Below are positions 18,909 through 25,537 of a DNA stretch of 64,000 bases, piece after piece. Numbering within the stretch: the first letter of the stretch is position 1; every line of letters begins with the position of its first letter. Made by a program: the position numbers and the translations under genes. The stretch covers positions 1,832 to 65,831 of the forward strand of contig JAZLLU010000018.1 in NCBI GenBank assembly GCA_045598285.1. Reading direction: 5' to 3'. The notes beneath the pieces are model-generated. The model was not told the DNA's origin and searched no databases. It was given only the letters and a program-made list of their open reading frames with translations. This DNA comes from Lachnospiraceae bacterium. Its GTDB lineage: Bacteria; Bacillota; Clostridia; Lachnospirales; Lachnospiraceae.

Positions 18909-18948
18909 ATTAATAAAAAGAAGTCTATTTTTAGAAAATTCATTATGC

Positions 18949-19083
18949 GCGCAGAGCCGCACAACTTTTTTCAGAGCATTTATTTAGTGCGCAGAGCCGC
19001 ACAACTTTTTTCAGAGCGTATTAGCGATTGAAAAAAGTTCGTGAGGGATGCGAGCATATAAAAAGTTCGTGCGAGATGCGAGC
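18949..19083. repeat. nested inverted-repeat block (A1 A2 | B1 B2)
   Basis: There are two identical 29-nt direct copies GCGCAGAGCCGCACAACTTTTTTCAGAGC (18949-18977 and 18989-19017). They are followed by two diverged inverted partners, GAAAAAAGTTCGTGAGGGATGCGAGC (19030-19055) and AAAAAGTTCGTGCGAGATGCGAGC (19060-19083). B2 ends 11 nt from the stop of the minus-strand gene. Confidence 0.8.
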
Positions 19084-19094
19084 TAAGCAGAACA

Positions 19095-19895
19095 TTATAG
19101 TAAATATTCTTCAATATACTTATCTACGGTTTTGACACTAAGTGGCATAGTTTTCGTCTCATGAAATGCAATTAAGTCTCTGCCTAACAATATGTCATTC
19201 CTTTCATATACATCTAATTTCCAAAGAGTGTCTTGCGTATATCCATCATCGTCAAGCAATCCAAAGTGTTCGATAATATAAATCTTCCCCGTTCGCTTGT
19301 TCATAGCATGAAAGTCTGAATAAATAACAACTTTTCGATTGCCGAAGCTATAGGTTTCAGGCATCTCATAGTGGTAAGCAATGCCGTATCGGGCGAGCTC
19401 ATCCGCAATCAAGATTTCTGACTTTGACCTAACGCGCTCGCCCTTACTTGTGTAATATTCAGACATATCATCTGGATTAAAAGGGCGCCCTTCGTATTGA
19501 ATCGCTTCGAAAATTTCCTGTCGTTGTGACAACGTCTTCGCTACCGGCCCAATAAGAGCTTTTCTAGCATCAGATAAGTTATCATACAGGGAATCTAATC
19601 CATTGTATTGATAATCATCAATAAGCATATCTAAATAACGCAATTTATTTTTTGAGTAGTTTATTAAATCAAGACAATAATCACGAGTGATAATTTTTTT
19701 AGCAATACTTAGTTGATCTTTATTTAGATATTTATATTTCTTTTCACCATCTTTCCGCCAATAGTATTGATTTGATTTGTATGATGTAGAAGTTCGCAAC
19801 TTCCCAGAGGCATCTTTAGGTAAAATGCGAGTAGCTTTATTAAGTATTTTAAGAGTGCGCTCTCTATCGGTGAGTAAGAAGTTTAATATATTCAT
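19095..19895 (-). CDS. hypothetical protein with a predicted restriction-endonuclease-like (PD-(D/E)xK-type) C-terminal domain
   Basis: 266 aa with an AGGAGG Shine-Dalgarno. The C-terminal half reads VRSKSEILIADELARYGIAYHYE ... VVIYSDFHAMN ... IYIIEHFG. This gives an E ... D ... E-x-(F/K) spacing like TnsA/Vsr-type nuclease folds. The N-terminal half has no motif I recognise. Confidence 0.5.
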   Translation of the reverse strand: MNILNFLLTDRERTLKILNKATRILPKDASGKLRTSTSYKSNQYYWRKDGEKKYKYLNKDQLSIAKKIITRDYCLDLINYSKNKLRYLDMLIDDYQYNGLDSLYDNLSDARKALIGPVAKTLSQRQEIFEAIQYEGRPFNPDDMSEYYTSKGERVRSKSEILIADELARYGIAYHYEMPETYSFGNRKVVIYSDFHAMNKRTGKIYIIEHFGLLDDDGYTQDTLWKLDVYERNDILLGRDLIAFHETKTMPLSVKTVDKYIEEYLL

Positions 19896-19929
19896 GTTAC
19901 ACCTCCTGAAATTTTGATTTTGAAATATT

Positions 19930-20043
19930 ATCTACGGACTAAAATGAGCTTTATAAAATAGGTCCGTAGAAAATTGAAGAAGAAACAAGAAAGATCTTTG
20001 AAATCTACGGACTAAAATGAGCTTTATAAAATAGGTCCGTAGA
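19930..20043. repeat. two identical 41-nt hairpin modules
   Basis: ATCTACGGACTAAAATGAGCTTTATAAAATAGGTCCGTAGA occurs at 19930-19970 and 20003-20043. Each has a perfect 9-bp stem TCTACGGAC / GTCCGTAGA and a 22-nt loop. The proximal copy is 34 nt upstream of the ATG at 19895. Confidence 0.9.
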
Positions 20044-20151
20044 TTTATAGAGTTTTGAAACGCGAAAGGCGGCGCCAGCGCTAAGGATGGGCGCGCGCTC
20101 GCCTTTGCTATTTACGGTGGCGGATTTTCGTTCGCCAGTACATGTTCTTTC

Positions 20152-20388
20152 GAGGGCCACCTTAGGTTTGTGTGAATAAAGGTAGTAATTAGATAGTGAC
20201 TAAAAGAAATTCTTTTGAGGGCCACCTTAGGTTTTTGACCAAGAAATAAGAAATTGATACATATAGCAAAACTTGCAAAAGATTCTGGAAAGCGAGGGGC
20301 ACCTTAGGTTTTTGGCCACGAAGCAAAAAACTGATACACATAGAGAAATTTGTAAAAGATTTTTGGCAGCGAGGGGCACCTTTGGTTT
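20152..20388. repeat. degenerate tandem repeats with a conserved 18-nt core, four copies
   Basis: The core GAGGG(C/G)CACCTT(A/T)GGTTT occurs at 20152, 20217, 20294 and 20371, giving periods of 65, 77 and 77 nt. The last two 77-nt units are similar along their whole length. Confidence 0.8.
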
Positions 20389-20462
20389 GCGATGGTGAAG
20401 GACAAGATTAAAAAGTGGAGAGTGACTCTTAGAAATAAGTGCACGTCGCAATGAGAAAGTTA

Positions 20463-20819
20463 TTACGTGAGGCGGCGAAGTTTTTTGTCAAAGGTAAAAA
20501 CTTTGTCGCTGTTATTGTTGTGGCGTGCGAGTAAAAGAGCGTTAGTGTAGCCAAGATTTTTGCTGGCATAGAGTGAAAGTGCATCAAGAATCGTAGATTT
20601 GTCATCAATATATATTTCATCAAGGAAACCACTCAAGGTTTCTTTGATAGTGTTTTTATCAACTTCATATACTTTTTCAAGAGTTGTTACAACTTCGGCG
20701 ATAACTTCACCAATGGTGAAAGCACCGGAAGAAAGAACATCCTTAGCGGCATTGCTTTGATCTTCAATGTCGTCGAGCAAATATCTTAAAATTACATCTG
20801 AGCCAATAAGTTTTTCCAT
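20463..20819 (-). CDS. PIN-domain protein (VapC-like putative toxin/RNase)
   Basis: From ATG 20819 (AAGGAGA Shine-Dalgarno): MEKLIGSDVILRYLLDD ... EVVTTLEKVY ... GYTNALLLA ... VFTFDKKL, a typical PIN layout of acidic residues. The longer ORF-track start at 20879 runs into the repeats and is rejected. Confidence 0.72.
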   Translation of the reverse strand: MEKLIGSDVILRYLLDDIEDQSNAAKDVLSSGAFTIGEVIAEVVTTLEKVYEVDKNTIKETLSGFLDEIYIDDKSTILDALSLYASKNLGYTNALLLARHNNNSDKVFTFDKKLRRLT

Positions 20820-20858
20820 AGCATCTCCTTTAAAAGAGGATTGTTGTATTCTTCTCCA

Positions 20859-21027
20859 TTGTAGTGAGTAGCGTTGCACGGGATAGAGATATAAATATGT
20901 AGACTATTCCGCGTTGTAGTGAGCAGCGTTGCACGGGATAGAGATATAAATATGTAGACTGTTCCGCGTTGTAGTGAGTAGCATCATCACGAGGTAGAAA
21001 TATAAGTATAAATATGCTGGCTATTCC
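20859..21027 (-). repeat. tandem direct repeats (55 nt, about three copies) between the DinJ-like and PIN genes
   Basis: Units at 20859-20913 and 20914-20968 differ at 2 of 55 positions. A third, diverged unit of about 59 nt (20969-21027) overlaps the DinJ-like stop codon. The array ends 39 nt upstream of the PIN ATG. Confidence 0.9.
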
Positions 21028-21254
21028 AAGCTGCGTCGCAAAGCATCTGCATAGAGGGCTAAGTGCCCGTGCATGCGTTGTTTAACAGCGGTACTTTGAC
21101 GAGGTCTAAATGGGTAACCATTTTCTTGGATACTTTGTGCTGCAAAGACGCGAACTGCTTCGGATAGAGAAGTACCAAGGTTTTTGTAGATATGCTCTGC
21201 AGCTTCTTTAGTTTGTGCGTCCATACGGACTTGTAAGATAGCTTCTTTTGCCAT
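21021..21254 (-). CDS. RelB/DinJ-family antitoxin-like protein
   Basis: From ATG 21254 (AGGGGA Shine-Dalgarno): MAKEAILQVRMDAQTKEAAEHIYKNLGTSLSEAVRVFAAQSIQENGYPF, a DinJ-type ribbon-helix-helix. No adjacent RelE/YafQ gene is present. Confidence 0.75.
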   Translation of the reverse strand: MAKEAILQVRMDAQTKEAAEHIYKNLGTSLSEAVRVFAAQSIQENGYPFRPRQSTAVKQRMHGHLALYADALRRSLE

Positions 21255-21360
21255 AATTATTCCCCTAATAAGCAAGTAATAATGTAATACAATCGTAATA
21301 TATATTAATACAAATGTCAACCAAGGCCGAAAAAACCTTGAAAATAAAGGAAAGTTTTTA

Positions 21361-21389
21361 TTGACATGTCAGAAATTAGTAGTTATACT
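21361..21389 (+). promoter_or_regulatory. putative sigma-A promoter upstream of rpoB (TTGACA-17 nt-TATACT)
   Basis: Consensus -35 TTGACA at 21361-21366, an exact 17-nt spacer, then TATACT at 21384-21389. This would give a roughly 300-nt A-rich leader before rpoB. Confidence 0.45.
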
Positions 21390-21694
21390 ATATGCTGATT
21401 TAATGTGGAAAAGTTCGCGAAAGCATCAAGAAAAAAGAGCAAAAAAAGTGTGAATTTTTTCTAAAAAATCGCAAAAAAACCTTGAAAAATAAATAAATTT
21501 TGAGAAATTTTCAAAAAATAAAAATTTAACAAAGTTCTAAAAAATTTTTTAGTGAAGATAGTTTCAAAAGTGAATCAAAAATGAAAAGATTTAAGGAAAC
21601 TACAAATTAATAAATATTTAAGAAAAAAATTCAAGGTTAAACAAAAAGCAAAAAAGTAGTACTTAAAAATATAAACAAAGGAGTGATTGTTTTA

Positions 21695-24600
21695 ATGGAG
21701 AAGAATCGAATTCGTCCCGTAAAGTATGGCAAGGGAACTAGAATGAGTTATTCAAAGCAAAACGAAGTTCTAGAAATGCCAAACCTGATCGAAATTCAAA
21801 AAGCTTCTTATCAGTGGTTTATTACTGATGGACTCAAAGAAATCTTCAACGATATCTCACCAATCGAAGACTTTAACCAAAGTCTTAGTTTAGAGTTTGT
21901 TGATTTCCAGATTGCTTATGATGATATCAAATATACCATTGAAGAATGCAAGGAGAGAGATGCTACGTATTCCGCACCACTCAAAGTTAGAGTGCGCCTT
22001 AGCAATAAGGAAACTGGCGAAATAAGCGAGCATGAAATCTTCATGGGTGATATGCCTTTGATGACAAAGACAGGTACATTTGTTATCAACGGTGCTGAAA
22101 GAGTTATTGTATCACAGCTCGTTCGTTCACCTGGTATCTATTTCACACTTAGCCACGACAAGTTAGGAAAAGAACTTTATGCATGTAACGTAATCCCTAA
22201 CAGAGGCGCATGGTTTGAGTATGAGACAGATTCAAACGATGTTTACTACGTTCATGCTGACAAAGCAAGAAAGGTTCCTGTAACAGTTCTTATCAGAGCA
22301 CTTGGCGTAGGAAGCAATGAAGAAATCATCGAAATGTTTGGTGAGGAGCCAAAGATTTTAGCATGTTTCGAAAAAGATGATTCTACAAATTATAAAGAAG
22401 GTATCTTAGAACTTTATAAGAAACTTCGTCCAGGCGAGCCTCTTCAAGTTGAGAACGCAGAGAACTTAATCACATCAATGTTCTTTGATGCAAAACGTTA
22501 TGACCTTGCAAAAGTTGGCCGTTACAAATTCAATAAGAAGTTAGCTTATAAGAACAGATTAGTAGGAGCAACATTAGCTGAAGATGTTATTCATCGTGGC
22601 ACAGGCGAAATTATCGCTAAGGCCGGAAAAGTTGTTGATGAAGAACTCGCTGAGAAAATTCAGAATGGTGCAGTTCCAACAGTTTTAGTTCAAGGCGAAG
22701 ACAGAGCAATAAAAGTTCTTTCAAATATGGTTGTTGATATCCAAGAGTATGTCAACTTAACTGAAAAAGAAATGAAAGAGTTCGGCATCACTGAAAGAGT
22801 TTACTATCCAGTACTTGAGCAATTGATGCAGGAAAATTCTAAGAAAGCTGACCTTAAGGAAGCAATCAGAAAGAATATCCAGGAACTTATTCCTAAGCAT
22901 ATTACAAAAGAAGATATCTTTGCATGTATCAGCTATGGCCTCAACTTAGACTCAGGCCTTGGTAACTTCGACGATATCGACCATTTAGGAAACAGACGTA
23001 TTAGAAGCGTTGGTGAACTTCTTCAAAACCAATATAGAGTTGGTTTAAGCCGTATGGAAAGAGTAGTTCATGAAAGAATGCAAACACAGGATATCGATAC
23101 GATCACTCCACAATCACTTATCAATATTAAACCTGTAACTGCAGCAGTTCGTGAGTTCTTTGGTTCATCACAACTTTCACAGTTCATGGATCAATGTAAT
23201 CCACTTTCTGAACTTACACATAAGAGACGTCTTAGTGCATTAGGACCAGGTGGTCTTTCAAGAGATAGAGCAGGATTCGAAGTCCGTGACGTTCACTACA
23301 CACATTATGGAAGAATGTGCCCAATCGAGACACCTGAAGGTCCTAATATCGGACTTATCAACTCACTTGCTAGTTACGCAAGAGTAAACAAATATGGTTT
23401 CATCGAGTCTCCATACAGAGTAATCGATAAAACTAATAAGAAGAATCCTGTTGTTACAGACGAAGTAGTTTATTTAACAGCAGACGAAGAAGATAAATAC
23501 AAAGTAGCTCAAGCTAACGCACAGTTAGACGACAAAGGCCACTTCGTAAAGAACGCTGTAGCAGGTCGTTATAAAGACGAGACAAGTGAATACGACAAGA
23601 CAGAGGTTGACCTTATGGACGTATCTCCTAAGATGGTATTCTCAGCTGCTACATCAATGATTCCTTTCTTAGAGAATGACGATGCTAACCGTGCCCTTAT
23701 GGGTTCTAACATGCAACGTCAGGGTGTTCCACTTCTTACAACAGAAGCCCCGGTAGTTGGAACAGGAATGGAATCTAAGACAGCACAAGACTCAGGTGTT
23801 TGCGTACTTGCTAATGAAGATGGAACAGTTGAACATGTTACGGCAGACGAAATTGGTATCCGTGGAAAAGACGGAATCTATAGAACTTATAAGGTAGCTA
23901 AATTCGTTCGTTCTAACCAAAGCAACTGCTACAACCAAAGACCAATCGTAAATAAAGGCGATAAGGTTAAAGCAGGTCAAATCATTGCCGACGGAGCAAG
24001 CACAAGCCAAGGCGAAATCGCACTTGGAAAGAACCCTCTTATTGGTTTCATGACATGGGAAGGTTACAACTACGAGGATGCTGTACTTATTAGCGAGCGT
24101 TTAGTACGTGATGACGTTTACACATCAATTCATATTGAGAGATATGAAACAGAAGCGCGTGATACAAAGCTCGGACCAGAAGAAATTACTAGAGACGTTC
24201 CTGGCGTTGGCGAGGAAGCACTCAAAGATTTAGATGAACGCGGAATCATTCGTATCGGTGCAGAGGTTCATGCAGGAGATATCTTAGTAGGTAAAGTTAC
24301 TCCTAAGGGAGAAACAGAACTTACACCAGAAGAGAGACTCCTTCGTGCAATCTTCGGCGAGAAGGCTAGAGAAGTTAGAGATACATCTCTTAAGGTTCCT
24401 CATGGTGCATATGGTATCGTTGTTGACGCAAAAGTATTTACTAGAGAAGCTGGCGACGAACTTAGCCCAGGCGTAAATCAAACAGTACGTGTTTATATAG
24501 CACAAAAGAGAAAAATTAGTGTTGGTGATAAGATGGCTGGTCGTCATGGTAACAAGGGTGTTGTATCTCGTGTACTTCCTATCGAAGATATGCCATTCCT

Positions 24601-25525
24601 TCCAAACGGACGTCCACTTGATATCGTGCTTAATCCACTTGGCGTTCCTTCTCGTATGAACATCGGACAGGTACTTGAAACTCACCTTTCACTTGCAGCT
24701 AAAGCTCTGGGCTTTAACATTGCAACACCTGTATTTGATGGCGCAAGCGAGTTTGATATCATGGATACTCTTGATATGGCAAACGACTATGTTAACGGCG
24801 ATTGGGAAAAATTCAAGAAGAAATATGAAAAGAGCGTTGACCCTGAAATCATCAAATACTTAGAGAAGAACTTAGACCACAGAGAAGAGTGGAAGGGAGT
24901 TCCAATCAACCGTGATGGTAAGGTAAGACTTCGTGATGGTCGTACAGGTGAATACTTTGATGCACCAGTTACAATCGGTCATATGCATTACCTTAAACTT
25001 CACCACTTAGTAGATGATAAAATCCACGCAAGAAGTACAGGACCTTACTCACTCGTTACTCAGCAGCCACTCGGTGGTAAAGCTCAGTTCGGTGGACAAC
25101 GTTTCGGTGAAATGGAAGTTTGGGCACTTGAAGCTTATGGCGCTTCTTACACACTCCAAGAAATCTTAACTGTTAAATCTGATGATGTTGTTGGACGTGT
25201 TAAAACTTATGAAGCAATCATCAAGGGCGAAAATATTCCTGAAGCAGGAACACCTGAAAGCTTTAAGGTACTTGTTAAAGAACTTCAAAGTCTTGCACTC
25301 GACATCAAAGTACTTAATGAAGATGATACAGAAATCAAACTTTTAGAGTCAGTTGATTATGGCGAGACAAACTTCAATGCTATACTTTCTAACTTTAATG
25401 GAAATAAAGCAAAAGAAGAAGTAACTAGACATGGTTTCTCAGTACAAGAGTTTAATGACTTAACTGGAGAACTTGAAGATACAAACGACTACGTAGCTGA
25501 CTACGAAGATGAAGACGAAGAATAG
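21695..25525 (+). CDS. rpoB: DNA-directed RNA polymerase subunit beta
   Basis: Conserved blocks such as [15 protein letters not shown] and [15 protein letters not shown] 21695 is preferred over GTG 21683, which overlaps the AAGGAG Shine-Dalgarno. Confidence 0.98.
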   Translation: MEKNRIRPVKYGKGTRMSYSKQNEVLEMPNLIEIQKASYQWFITDGLKEIFNDISPIEDFNQSLSLEFVDFQIAYDDIKYTIEECKERDATYSAPLKVRVRLSNKETGEISEHEIFMGDMPLMTKTGTFVINGAERVIVSQLVRSPGIYFTLSHDKLGKELYACNVIPNRGAWFEYETDSNDVYYVHADKARKVPVTVLIRALGVGSNEEIIEMFGEEPKILACFEKDDSTNYKEGILELYKKLRPGEPLQVENAENLITSMFFDAKRYDLAKVGRYKFNKKLAYKNRLVGATLAEDVIHRGTGEIIAKAGKVVDEELAEKIQNGAVPTVLVQGEDRAIKVLSNMVVDIQEYVNLTEKEMKEFGITERVYYPVLEQLMQENSKKADLKEAIRKNIQELIPKHITKEDIFACISYGLNLDSGLGNFDDIDHLGNRRIRSVGELLQNQYRVGLSRMERVVHERMQTQDIDTITPQSLINIKPVTAAVREFFGSSQLSQFMDQCNPLSELTHKRRLSALGPGGLSRDRAGFEVRDVHYTHYGRMCPIETPEGPNIGLINSLASYARVNKYGFIESPYRVIDKTNKKNPVVTDEVVYLTADEEDKYKVAQANAQLDDKGHFVKNAVAGRYKDETSEYDKTEVDLMDVSPKMVFSAATSMIPFLENDDANRALMGSNMQRQGVPLLTTEAPVVGTGMESKTAQDSGVCVLANEDGTVEHVTADEIGIRGKDGIYRTYKVAKFVRSNQSNCYNQRPIVNKGDKVKAGQIIADGASTSQGEIALGKNPLIGFMTWEGYNYEDAVLISERLVRDDVYTSIHIERYETEARDTKLGPEEITRDVPGVGEEALKDLDERGIIRIGAEVHAGDILVGKVTPKGETELTPEERLLRAIFGEKAREVRDTSLKVPHGAYGIVVDAKVFTREAGDELSPGVNQTVRVYIAQKRKISVGDKMAGRHGNKGVVSRVLPIEDMPFLPNGRPLDIVLNPLGVPSRMNIGQVLETHLSLAAKALGFNIATPVFDGASEFDIMDTLDMANDYVNGDWEKFKKKYEKSVDPEIIKYLEKNLDHREEWKGVPINRDGKVRLRDGRTGEYFDAPVTIGHMHYLKLHHLVDDKIHARSTGPYSLVTQQPLGGKAQFGGQRFGEMEVWALEAYGASYTLQEILTVKSDDVVGRVKTYEAIIKGENIPEAGTPESFKVLVKELQSLALDIKVLNEDDTEIKLLESVDYGETNFNAILSNFNGNKAKEEVTRHGFSVQEFNDLTGELEDTNDYVADYEDEDEE

Positions 25526-25537
25526 GAGGGGATGAAG

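Noticed and set aside
18949-19083. The nested inverted repeats acting as a simple bidirectional terminator for the convergent genes.
   Set aside because: There is no U-tract after the 3' arm on either strand, and the plus-strand gene already has a conventional terminator at 18874-18908. This reading is not excluded, but it is insufficient as the sole explanation.
20152-20388. Possible CRISPR mini-array: four spaced copies of a roughly 18-28-nt repeat.
   Set aside because: The spacers between copies 2-3 and 3-4 are homologous to each other (77-nt tandem units), the repeat flanks differ between the first and second pairs, the periods are irregular (65/77/77), and no cas genes are present. I treat it as a degenerate tandem repeat.
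20227-20632. ORFs 20227-20451 and 20429-20632 (minus strand) in and next to the 77-nt repeats.
   Set aside because: The first is a translation of the tandem repeats with no Shine-Dalgarno. The second is out of frame within the PIN gene. Neither has any motif.
11339-21320. Calling the accessory segment a defined mobile element: prophage, ICE or transposon.
   Set aside because: I see no integrase, recombinase, transposase, conjugation or phage structural genes, no flanking tRNA, and no obvious terminal direct repeats. Only the composition of its gene content suggests a variable island.
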